DNA of 64,000 nucleotides from Candidatus Micrarchaeota archaeon (GTDB taxonomy: Archaea > Micrarchaeota > Micrarchaeia > Burarchaeales > JAKAKT01), in contig JAKAKT010000095.1 of NCBI GenBank assembly GCA_021813385.1, positions 14,194 to 78,193 on the forward strand, given 5' to 3'. The notes under the pieces are model-generated. The model did not search any database, was not told the DNA's origin, and was given only the letters and a program-made list of their open reading frames with translations. The translations under genes were made by a program, and so were the position numbers. Below, in pieces: positions 18,144 through 26,525 of this stretch; positions within the stretch are counted from its first letter, which is position 1; each line of letters begins with the position of its first letter.

Positions 18144-18857
18144 TCATCTCACCGGCATATAATCCCTGTAAACCAGCAGCCTGTTCAGAGGGGATTTCGG
18201 AAGCGCGCTCTTTAGGCCTATTTGCGCGTAGTAAAGAGTAGACTTCAGGATTCCCTGTTTCTCGAGCCTTCTCGCGCTCGTTACCACTTTTGGCTCGGGA
18301 AGGAAAACCAGCCGGCCCATCTTTCGAAGCTTTATTGCAAGCGCACCGTCTTCGAGTGGGGCATTGGGGAAACCGCCTGCTTTCCAGAAAGTCTTTTTTG
18401 AGACAACCGCATTGAAACCGAGCAGCTCGCCAATCCCGAATGAGCCTTTCAGGAGCAGGTATTCATTGCAGATTTCTTCCACTAGCCGCAGCTTTGTCGG
18501 CCTGTCATCGAATTGGAACGCAGTCGAGAGCCCCGATATGCTCTCGTCTTCAAGAATCGGGAAGACCGAGTCCAGGTAGTTCCTCGGAACAATTGAGTCT
18601 GCATCTATGAACGCATAGGTTTTCCCCTTTGCCGCCTTTGCGCCCGTGTTCCGGCCTACCCAGATGCCCCTTTTCTTCGTGATGACGACCTTGTCGGCGT
18701 ATTCCGCTGCAATCTCTCGCGTCCTATCCTTGCTCCCGCCATCTGAAACCACGATATCAAAATCAAGGTGTGTCCTCTGGGCACGTACGGCCTTGAGGCA
18801 GGCCCGTATGTTCTTCTCCTCGTTCAGGGCGGGTATGATTACCGACATCTCGGTCAT
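18144..18857 (-). CDS. Family 2 glycosyltransferase
   Basis: MSVIIPALNEEKNIRACLKAV...IVVSDGGSKDRT...FIDADS; the start is placed at Met 18857, so the track ORF is trimmed. Confidence 0.75.
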   Translation of the reverse strand: MTEMSVIIPALNEEKNIRACLKAVRAQRTHLDFDIVVSDGGSKDRTREIAAEYADKVVITKKRGIWVGRNTGAKAAKGKTYAFIDADSIVPRNYLDSVFPILEDESISGLSTAFQFDDRPTKLRLVEEICNEYLLLKGSFGIGELLGFNAVVSKKTFWKAGGFPNAPLEDGALAIKLRKMGRLVFLPEPKVVTSARRLEKQGILKSTLYYAQIGLKSALPKSPLNRLLVYRDYMPVR

Positions 18858-18909
18858 GGATAAATTTTCATGGGCAAGGGTTTTAAGGGTTATCGGGAAA
18901 TAAGCAATT

Positions 18910-20835
18910 ATGAGAGGAATCCTTGCCATATTTGCACTTCTGTTCCTCGCTTCTTTCGTGTTCGCAGGGCTTGCCTACGTCAAGGATATAGCCATAAGGG
19001 ACACCGGGAAGTGGGGCAACCTCTCCATGCCTTCTGACGTTTGGCCAAACGGGGATACTGTCTACGTGCTCGACACCGACAACCATCGTATTGTGGAGTT
19101 CTACAAGGGCGAGCCGCAGAAACTTATTGTGGGGAGCGTAGGACCTACGAAGGGGATGCTTTTTCCAGAGGCGCTTTGGGTCGCCGAGGACAGCAGGTTC
19201 TACATTGCGGACAGGGGGAATAACGCAATTGTTTATGAAAACGGCCATTACTTATATGAGCTCGCAATTTCTGGCTCTGACACTTATTCATTCGACCATC
19301 CGGCAGGGGTGGCGGTATACGGGGGGATTATTTACATTGCCGACAGCGAAAGGGGAACGATAAAGATGTTCAGCCAAAAGGACAAGACATTCGAGGGGAC
19401 AATAGGTTCGAAAGGTTTCGGGAACAGCGAGCTATTCGCGCCGACCGGGATTTACATCAGGGACGGCCTGCTGTATGTTGCTGATTCAGGAAACTCCAGG
19501 ATACAGGTGTTCAAGCTGTATGATGGCTCGTACTTGAAGACCATACGCGGCGCATACGGATGCGCCCTGAACGCCCCGCACGGAATCGCGGTTAGCAGGG
19601 ACAGGTTCATGTTTGTTTCAGATACGGGAAATAACCGGGTAGTGGTCTTCGACGGGGATTTCAATTGCGTTGGCTCGGTGAACGGGAGCGCTGCGGTTCC
19701 GATGTCCGAGCCGCGTGGAATAAAGGTCGATGACTCTAATGACGTTTATGTCGCTGATTCGGGAAACGCGATGGTGAGGGTCTTCCATTACACCCCGTAT
19801 TATCAATCGAAAGAGGAGGCGGCTAAAAAAATTGATGCTGCTGGTGCCGTTTATGTCGCGATATCCGGCATGGTTTCTGCAGCCACGTACTTGGGGATAT
19901 CATTCGAAGACAAGGGAAAGGAGCTTCTTGGCAAGGCGAACGCCGAGTACGCTGGGGGAAACTACTCGAATGCGTATTTCAACGCAACCCTTTCGGCATC
20001 TGAAACGGAAAAACTCAACGCAAGCCTTAGTCTAAAAATACAATCTGAGGTTTTGAGGATTGTTCTTGGCGACGAGAGTGCCCTTGATTCGGCTGACCAG
20101 GACGCACTTAGGTATGGCTTGAAAACTGACTCGAGGCCCCTTCGCGCCGACCTATCGCGCATACGCGCCATGCTCGATGCCGGGAAGTACCAGGATGCTG
20201 CGTTCAACTCGTCAATCGCCCATACGAAAGTCCTCGGATTCAGGTCAATGATTTCCGGCTCTTCGAACGAGACTGCCAAGACCAGGGAAACTCTCTTGCT
20301 CGCAATTTCCGATAATGGAAAGGAGCTTGACACTGTCTCCATTTCCGCCTCGCAATATAATATTTCAATCAATTCCACTGACATAAAATTTATTCTTGAC
20401 AATGCCAGGGAGTCATGCGATAATTACGATTTTGATAGGTGCAGGGAGCTTCTCTCTTCAGCAAAGGGGAAACTCAACGACGCCCACCTTGTCATCGCCG
20501 CGCACATTGCGCGGGTTGAAGCAGCCAGGCTGACGGTGTCTGCCGCCCACGAAGAGCTGAGTAAGGCCCAAGCTACCTCTTATTTCTTCAAGCCGGACCT
20601 CTCGAAGGCCGAGGCAGAGCTCAAGAGCGCTGAGGAGATTGTTTCGGAGAACCCGGATGCTGCGGTAGAGAAGGCGAAGGATGCACTGGCTCTCATTGAG
20701 GAATCGAAGGCAGGCATCAACAGGGCGAACCTTTTAACGCTTATAGGAATCGGCGCAGCAGTCCTGCTACTGGTGGCCGTGGTGGTCGTTTATTATGTCA
20801 CAAGAGGAAAACCAAGGAAAAGAAGGGGCCAGTGA
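18910..20835 (+). CDS. NHL-repeat beta-propeller surface protein with signal peptide, helical stalk and C-terminal TM anchor
   Basis: Signal peptide MRGILAIFALLFLASFVFA; at least five NHL repeats (YIADRGNNAIV, YIADSERGTIKMF, YVADSGNSRIQVF, FVSDTGNNRVVVF, YVADSGNAMVRVF); C-terminal LIGIGAAVLLLVAVVVVYYV followed by RGKPRKRRGQ. Confidence 0.7.
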   Translation: MRGILAIFALLFLASFVFAGLAYVKDIAIRDTGKWGNLSMPSDVWPNGDTVYVLDTDNHRIVEFYKGEPQKLIVGSVGPTKGMLFPEALWVAEDSRFYIADRGNNAIVYENGHYLYELAISGSDTYSFDHPAGVAVYGGIIYIADSERGTIKMFSQKDKTFEGTIGSKGFGNSELFAPTGIYIRDGLLYVADSGNSRIQVFKLYDGSYLKTIRGAYGCALNAPHGIAVSRDRFMFVSDTGNNRVVVFDGDFNCVGSVNGSAAVPMSEPRGIKVDDSNDVYVADSGNAMVRVFHYTPYYQSKEEAAKKIDAAGAVYVAISGMVSAATYLGISFEDKGKELLGKANAEYAGGNYSNAYFNATLSASETEKLNASLSLKIQSEVLRIVLGDESALDSADQDALRYGLKTDSRPLRADLSRIRAMLDAGKYQDAAFNSSIAHTKVLGFRSMISGSSNETAKTRETLLLAISDNGKELDTVSISASQYNISINSTDIKFILDNARESCDNYDFDRCRELLSSAKGKLNDAHLVIAAHIARVEAARLTVSAAHEELSKAQATSYFFKPDLSKAEAELKSAEEIVSENPDAAVEKAKDALALIEESKAGINRANLLTLIGIGAAVLLLVAVVVVYYVTRGKPRKRRGQ

Positions 20836-21478
20836 CGAGCATTGGAATTTTGGAGGGCCCGGAAAGTGGGCCCGCTACGGATTCGCCGGAATCGGGGTAT
20901 TTGCCTCTTTCCTGGGGCTTGTGCTCGTGGTGCTTGTTTACCTGACTCTTTCGCCTCAAATCGGGACGCTCCGTGAGAAGACCTTCTCCCAGCTAGATGT
21001 TGCAACAAGCGCAGTGGGAAATCTCGATAAAAGCCTGAAGGGAGCGTATGATGCGATGGAAATTGTCCCCGGGCTGACTGAGAATCTCTCAAGCGGTTTT
21101 GATGGCTACGCGAGCAGCACAAACAAGCTCGCGGACGGCATTGATTCGCTTTCGAGCCAGATTTCGACCTTGCCGGGGGGAGGGGGGGATTCATCTGAAT
21201 CGCTTAAATCAGCAGCTGATAACCTCCGCTCATCCGCCGGCGCTCTTGGCTCCCAAGCGAGCGCTCTTTCGTCTGTCTCCTCTTCCATGAAAGAGTCGCA
21301 GGAGGGGATAAAGGCCGTGAGAACCGACCTCTCGAAGGCGAAGAGCAACCTGTCAAAAGCGAAGTTGGACATTGGCGCAGTATTTGATTCTCTCTCGACC
21401 GCACTCCTTCTTGGGTGCGTGATGTTTGGGCTTGTGTTCATCGCGCTCGGGGCTTACTCTGTTGCGCTTTTCCTTTAG
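20795..21478 (+). CDS. Membrane protein with a Ser-rich coiled-coil region
   Basis: Two TM segments flank a low-complexity helical region; overlaps the NHL gene by 41 nt. Confidence 0.4.
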   Translation: MSQEENQGKEGASDEHWNFGGPGKWARYGFAGIGVFASFLGLVLVVLVYLTLSPQIGTLREKTFSQLDVATSAVGNLDKSLKGAYDAMEIVPGLTENLSSGFDGYASSTNKLADGIDSLSSQISTLPGGGGDSSESLKSAADNLRSSAGALGSQASALSSVSSSMKESQEGIKAVRTDLSKAKSNLSKAKLDIGAVFDSLSTALLLGCVMFGLVFIALGAYSVALFL

Positions 21479-22307
21479 CCCTAAAGACAAGGATTAAGAC
21501 GATGGCTAAGTAAGAAGCATAACTAATTAGCTCCAGCAAAGAAGGTGAGGCCCGGTAACCGAAAAAGGAGTGCATTACTTGGCCGATAGCTCCCTCATCG
21601 TGCATAAGCTGGTATGTTCCATCCGGGTTCAGGGGCGGATTTATGTCCCAGACTTTCTCAATTATCGGCGGGAGGATTTTTGCTTCTGAGAATTCGTGCG
21701 CTGCTTGCGCAACGAGGCCGGCTGCGAAGAGTATGAGAATGAAGTTAGTAGCGCTGAAAAATAGCCCTACGTTGAGTTTAATCGAGCTGACGAAGAGTAG
21801 ATATCCGAGAGCCGCTGCTGCAGTTATTCCGATGAGCGCTCCAAGCAAAGTTGCCGTGTGAGTTGAAGAAAAGCTCACTGTGCCAAGGAAGATGACGGTC
21901 TCGACACCTTCGCGGAGGACTGAGAAAAACACGAGAAGGAACAGGCCGTGCTTATAGCCCCCGGAGAGTTTGGTTTCAATGCCATGTCTTATCCCCTCCG
22001 CCATCCTTTTCTGCCCCATCATCCAGACTATCATCGTGGTCATGAGGGCAGCACCTGCGAACATGGTAACTCCCTCGAAAATTTGCTCAGCTGTCCCTTC
22101 AAAGCCTCCAGTCAGTGAGACGAAAAAAAACGCCGCTATGAGGCTCGCGGTTATTCCGGCGCCAAGCCCGGCATAAACAACACTGTTGTGCTTCGCAAGC
22201 TTGTTCTTCGCCAAATAGCCGAGGATTATTCCCAAAACCAGCGCAACCTCTAGGGATTCGCGGAATGTTATCACAAAACCTGGCAATAGGCCGGCTTCGA
22301 AAGCCAT
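21438..22307 (-). CDS. FTR1/EfeU-family high-affinity iron permease
   Basis: Two REXXE motifs (FRESLEV, LREGVET) in a 7-TM protein. Confidence 0.75.
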   Translation of the reverse strand: MAFEAGLLPGFVITFRESLEVALVLGIILGYLAKNKLAKHNSVVYAGLGAGITASLIAAFFFVSLTGGFEGTAEQIFEGVTMFAGAALMTTMIVWMMGQKRMAEGIRHGIETKLSGGYKHGLFLLVFFSVLREGVETVIFLGTVSFSSTHTATLLGALIGITAAAALGYLLFVSSIKLNVGLFFSATNFILILFAAGLVAQAAHEFSEAKILPPIIEKVWDINPPLNPDGTYQLMHDEGAIGQVMHSFFGYRASPSLLELISYASYLAIVLILVFRAKGKAQQSKPRAR

Positions 22308-22315
22308 GCATGAAT

Positions 22316-22348
22316 TTAGGCTTACCTATTTAAATTAGTTGTGCCTAA
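22316..22348. promoter_or_regulatory. Candidate DtxR/IdeR-type operator in the FTR1-DtxR divergent intergenic region
   Basis: Inverted half-sites TTAGGC...GCCTAA (IdeR-box outer half-sites) flank a TATA-like ctatttaaat. Confidence 0.35.
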
Positions 22349-22358
22349 CATTGTTGAC

Positions 22359-22736
22359 ATGGCCAGCAGGGAGCAAGAGGACTATTTGGAGTCGATATAC
22401 GATTTAATAGGGAGAAAGGGGCATGCAAGAATCAAGGACATTGCTTCTGACTTAGGTGTGAAGCCGCCTAGCGTGACCGGGATGCTCGCAAAGCTGCATA
22501 GGGACGGGCTCGTGGAATATGAGAAGTACGGGGGGGCCAGGCTAACGATGGCAGGCAGAAAAATCGGGGCAGAAACACGCGAAAAGCACGAAGTCCTCAG
22601 GAAATTTCTCACAACAATAGGGGTTCCTGAGAAGATTGCGAACGAGGACGCATGCACGATGGAGCACAGCCTGCATAAAGAGACGACAAACAGAATAAAG
22701 AAGTTCTTCTCGAAAACCGGGAAACGGAAACGCTGA
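22359..22736 (+). CDS. DtxR/MntR-family metal-dependent transcriptional repressor
   Basis: MASREQEDYLESIYDLIGRKGHARIKDIASDLGVKPPSVTGMLAKLHRDGLVEYEKYGG is the HTH of iron-dependent repressors. Confidence 0.75.
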   Translation: MASREQEDYLESIYDLIGRKGHARIKDIASDLGVKPPSVTGMLAKLHRDGLVEYEKYGGARLTMAGRKIGAETREKHEVLRKFLTTIGVPEKIANEDACTMEHSLHKETTNRIKKFFSKTGKRKR

Positions 22737-22806
22737 GCTGGCCTTTTCATGACCCGGTTCTGCATTAACCAAGTTGGCTATCGGGTTGATGCATTTTTCA
22801 ACGGTT

Positions 22807-23526
22807 CTAACTGTAGCTCACCAGTTCCATTGACGTGGATCCGGTTAAGATTTTTACTGGCACTGGAACACTCGCGCTAGACCAGTAATAAGAGCCCTGG
22901 CTCGAGTACTTCTGTGCCTGGAACGACCCGGCAGGGACTGAAACGCTTTCTACTCCCTCGTACTTCAGCTTTTGGGGTTCAGTTCCCGAAGAGGCGTACG
23001 GGCCATCGGACGGGCAGCTCGCTTCATTTTCCATTTTCTGCCCGCCGTATGTTATAACGCTCTTAGTCGCGAGGCAGGCATTTGTCGTTTTGTCGACCCA
23101 GAGCTTGGTTGTGACGGATGCGCCCTCGTTGACCATAGCGGTCTGGGTAAGCCAGGCTGGGATTCCGTTGTAAACATCAGAGGAGATTGTTGTCTTGAGA
23201 TTAGTTACTGAATTCTGGCCAGTCGCGGAAGTGGTGGTTACCCGGTATTCATAGCTCTTCAGCGAACCGTATTTGAAAATCGAGCTGAAGCTGGTGCCGG
23301 AGTCGGTCCCTGAAGGAGGCTGAGTGGCTGGCGGCGTTGAAGGAGGCGGCTCGGTCTTTGGCTGGGTCGAGTCGGGCGGTGTCGTAGCCGGTGGGTTTGT
23401 CGCCGGTGGAGTGTTGACTTCCTGGCCGTTCCCACTCCCGGGCGCCCCCTGGCTCGGCCCCTGGCTGCACCCGAACAAAAGAAGCCCTGTGATGAATAAA
23501 ACTGCAAACAAAATTAATTTTCCCAT
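22807..23526 (-). CDS. Exported lipoprotein-like protein with a Thr/Pro-rich linker
   Basis: MGKLILFAVLFITGLLLFGCSQG (lipobox-like LFGC), then a TPPATNPPATTPP linker and a beta-rich domain; TATA-like tttaaa at about 23631. Confidence 0.55.
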   Translation of the reverse strand: MGKLILFAVLFITGLLLFGCSQGPSQGAPGSGNGQEVNTPPATNPPATTPPDSTQPKTEPPPSTPPATQPPSGTDSGTSFSSIFKYGSLKSYEYRVTTTSATGQNSVTNLKTTISSDVYNGIPAWLTQTAMVNEGASVTTKLWVDKTTNACLATKSVITYGGQKMENEASCPSDGPYASSGTEPQKLKYEGVESVSVPAGSFQAQKYSSQGSYYWSSASVPVPVKILTGSTSMELVSYS

Positions 23527-23639
23527 AAGAACACCCCTATTGACTTCTCTTGTTAAAGTTTTTATTGTTATGTTCGAAGCGAGGAGGTATCTTTTCTTAT
23601 CAGCTGTCCTCGCAGTGGGGATAGATACCTTTAAATACG

Positions 23640-24060
23640 AGTATTCGCATAATGTTATCCTTATTACGGGTAGAGTCACTGGGAGGTTGGATATGGTCAC
23701 TAGTCACAGGGCAGGCAACATCAGGCTTCTCCCGACAAGGGCAGCGACGCCAATGGCCCGTGACCCAGGACCTTTGCCAACTCATATTTTACGCTCAGCC
23801 GAGAGGGCAAGCGACGGCCCAGTATCTCAGGCACGCGATTCCCCGGTTCAAGAAGCCAGCCCAAGGTGGACAATCGGATTTGAACCTAGGCATATAAGCG
23901 AGTCGACCGCACCCTGGCAAACTAAGCCAACTGAACGGATTGGGTTTGGATTGCCAGCTAGAAACCAGGACGAAACCAGCGCTGGCGGACAGCCATCGCT
24001 AGATGTTCCTGCCCCGGTGCCGGTAGCTCGAGAAACGGCACGAGCACCTGGGGAAATCCG
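23640..24060. other. GC-rich, repeat-rich noncoding region at a compositional junction; candidate structured RNA or integration-site remnant
   Basis: No convincing ORF: the frame open through this region translates to Pro/Arg/Ser-rich nonsense. Short direct repeats (GGGCAGCGACGCC..CCCAGG twice; GAAACCAG twice). On the minus strand GGTTCAAATCCGATTGTCCACC resembles a tRNA T-loop and acceptor 3' end, but no cloverleaf closes. Confidence 0.3.
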
Positions 24061-26461
24061 GACAGTAACCGCATCGGAAGTTTTTCAGGAGGTTATAGGC
24101 AAGGCGAAGGGCAATACGGATGCTAACGGAGACTTTTGGATACGCGGGAATGACCTCCCACGATTCGTAGACGCTCTTTACTTACTCAATTGGTTTGTGG
24201 ATAATTCACCTAGCGATGAAGAGTTGGCAAGAGAAGCACAGAAACTCTTAGAGAACACGCATGACCAAAGAAAAACGGACGGCGCGATGTGCATAAGCCC
24301 CGTTGGCCTGATGGCAATTGATGGGATTATCCCGCTTGTGAAAAATGCCGAGTCCACGATTTCTTGGAATGTCGGGCCCCTCAATCTTCCAAATGATATA
24401 ACGAATATAGCAGCTACGAACCCAACCGAAGTCCTAAGCTATATTGCGGGAAGCTATTGCAGCGCGCGGGATTTTGGGGACCCGATACTGCTTGGCGAAG
24501 AAGGCTCCCGGGCATTAACAACTGCTTTGGATTCAATTGAAAAGACTCTAGGGAATGATTTGCTCAGTGAGCGATTACGGGAGACTATCTCAAATCTTCT
24601 GGAAAACGAACCTGCCTTGATATTAACGCGGAACTTTGTCTTGGATTTGAGAACACTCGGCAGTCTGGCTGCGGGGGTAGCAAGACAGGATGCGCACGCT
24701 GAAGAGACATCGATGACTGGCCGGCAGGCGCTGGGAATTTTGAGTGATATAGTAGCGAAAGAGAGGAGTACTTCAGGAGGGGTGGGGCCTCTCGGCGAGG
24801 AGATGCTACAGCTTAAAGCTGCATTGGATTGGATTACGGGGGAGATTAAAGCCGGTTACAGATTACGGGATAGTAGCGACCAGAGAATCGTTGATGATGT
24901 TTTAGGGGTGTTTAGATCCTATCCATTCGAACCAGGCGGTCATTTGGGCCAAGCCGGGTTAGCACTTCTCGATAGCCTTGTGCCAGTTGTCGAAAGGATG
25001 GTTGGAGTTTCGGCTGCCGGAGCTGTGTCTTTGGGACCGGCTGAAGCGGTTGACCAACAATATGGGCCAGGGCCGAATGTCGTTTCACAAAAAGCATCGG
25101 AAGTTTTGGGTAGAATATTGCAAAAATTGAGTGAGGGGGTAGACGGAAATGGCGATTCGCACGTGCTGCTTGGGGAGGACGCGCAGGTGCTCGTAGATGT
25201 GTTAAATTATATTAAAGATAGAATTGAAGGCAGCTGCTTAACTAAGGCTGAACGAAGAGAACTTCGGGATATTCTCAGCTGGGATTACGAGGGGAAGAAA
25301 ACTGCGAAGAACGCATTGACGGAAAATTTTACCCTATCAAGATTTGGGCTTGATGAGTTCAGAAAAATCATAAGGTTAGCCGAAAGAATGGAATCTGGTG
25401 AAAGACTAGTTGATGCTGACTCCAGTAGGAGGGGCGGTCGGAAAAAAATAGCCACATATGTCATTATAATAGGCTTTCTTGCGGCAGTAGCATCAGGAAT
25501 TGGCATTTATGTTCTGAATAATTTGAATCTGGACAAAAAAGACAAGCCGGCGCATCATGAGACTGTTAAATCTGGTCAGGTCGAATTGAAAAAACTCGGG
25601 GATTCGATAGGAGTTTTGAATGACGTAGTGGACAGGAGAGACAGGACAATACGGGAACAGCAAAGAACAATAGATGGATTGCGGAGTGAACTTAGTGGCG
25701 CTCAAGCTAAAGCTGCGAGAGAGGTTGGGCAAGCCGTGGCTACGCCGGGGCAAACGACTGGTGGCACTAATGCCCAACAAACCGGGCAGACTGCATCTAG
25801 CCAGACAGGAGGGACGAAAGTAACTGCGGGGCAAGGAAAAGCGCAACACGCGGAAGTGAAGGGAATGAGTGTGCGTGGACAACTTGCAGGAATGGGGGTT
25901 TCGGCGAGCACTGCCACTGAGAGCAATGCGGGGGTCTATTCGGGATATCTCTCCTGGGTTCCAATCAGCGAGACTGGAAAAACCGTAGTGAATCTCGAAT
26001 GCAGCGCAACTTTGGGGCCCAAGAGCACCGGCAAAGTCGTGCACGTCTTCCCTGCCCTTGTTCCCTCGGGCAACCTTTCGAACTTGGGGGAAGGCAAAAG
26101 GGACCTGTCGAACCCGGACCTCATCCCGCTTGGCAAGAAGTGCATCGTGATAGCTGATTATGGCGGGTTAAGGGTAAAGACCGCAAACGATGATGAAAAA
26201 ACAAATCCCGGAACAGGCAAACCGTATGTGCAGGACAAACAACTGTTCAAAATCTCTGTTGTTTATGAAGGCAGTTCCTATTCGATGTACGCGGGCAGCA
26301 GCGAAGGCAGCATGGAGCTTGTCGCCACTGGAACTTACACCCGAAAAACAGAAAATGGAAAGGGCTACGCACCGCTCCTTATCGGCGCAGCATGGAAAGG
26401 CCAGACCGGAAGATCGCGGGACATAACCCTCGATGTAAGCGGGGGAGAAGTGCTGTGGTGA
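24017..26461 (+). CDS. Large membrane-anchored protein: cytoplasmic helical N-domain, single TM, coiled coil, Gln/Thr-rich linker, C-terminal beta-rich domain; low-GC codon usage
   Basis: The protein-like sequence begins around 24.0-24.2 kb (start uncertain, probably GTG/TTG; the track start at 23324 is an artefact of a stop-free GC-rich frame). TM segment IATYVIIIGFLAAVASGIGIYVL; linker ATPGQTTGGTNAQQTGQTASSQTGGT; AT-rich codons unlike its neighbours. Confidence 0.5.
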   Translation: MPVARETARAPGEIRTVTASEVFQEVIGKAKGNTDANGDFWIRGNDLPRFVDALYLLNWFVDNSPSDEELAREAQKLLENTHDQRKTDGAMCISPVGLMAIDGIIPLVKNAESTISWNVGPLNLPNDITNIAATNPTEVLSYIAGSYCSARDFGDPILLGEEGSRALTTALDSIEKTLGNDLLSERLRETISNLLENEPALILTRNFVLDLRTLGSLAAGVARQDAHAEETSMTGRQALGILSDIVAKERSTSGGVGPLGEEMLQLKAALDWITGEIKAGYRLRDSSDQRIVDDVLGVFRSYPFEPGGHLGQAGLALLDSLVPVVERMVGVSAAGAVSLGPAEAVDQQYGPGPNVVSQKASEVLGRILQKLSEGVDGNGDSHVLLGEDAQVLVDVLNYIKDRIEGSCLTKAERRELRDILSWDYEGKKTAKNALTENFTLSRFGLDEFRKIIRLAERMESGERLVDADSSRRGGRKKIATYVIIIGFLAAVASGIGIYVLNNLNLDKKDKPAHHETVKSGQVELKKLGDSIGVLNDVVDRRDRTIREQQRTIDGLRSELSGAQAKAAREVGQAVATPGQTTGGTNAQQTGQTASSQTGGTKVTAGQGKAQHAEVKGMSVRGQLAGMGVSASTATESNAGVYSGYLSWVPISETGKTVVNLECSATLGPKSTGKVVHVFPALVPSGNLSNLGEGKRDLSNPDLIPLGKKCIVIADYGGLRVKTANDDEKTNPGTGKPYVQDKQLFKISVVYEGSSYSMYAGSSEGSMELVATGTYTRKTENGKGYAPLLIGAAWKGQTGRSRDITLDVSGGEVLW

Positions 26462-26525
26462 ATAAATTTCCCTGAACGCACTATCGACAATCAATAAACC
26501 ATTGTTTACTGGGAAACTGGAACGC

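Noticed and set aside
23850-23945. Possible tRNA gene on the minus strand, suggested by GGTTCAAATCCGATTGTCCACC (T-loop plus acceptor-like).
   Set aside because: The five bases before the loop (CTAGG) cannot pair with the five after it (CCGAT), and I found no complementary acceptor 5' strand or D-arm. It is kept only as a tRNA-like motif inside the GC-rich noncoding region finding.
23324-24016. N-terminal about 230 aa of the 1045-aa track ORF (MAGGVEGGG... through Pro/Arg-rich sequence).
   Set aside because: It is antisense to the lipoprotein gene and then runs through GC-rich DNA whose translation is low-complexity; a stop-free frame is expected by chance in GC-rich sequence. The compositional break and protein-like sequence begin at about 24.0-24.1 kb, so the start was moved.
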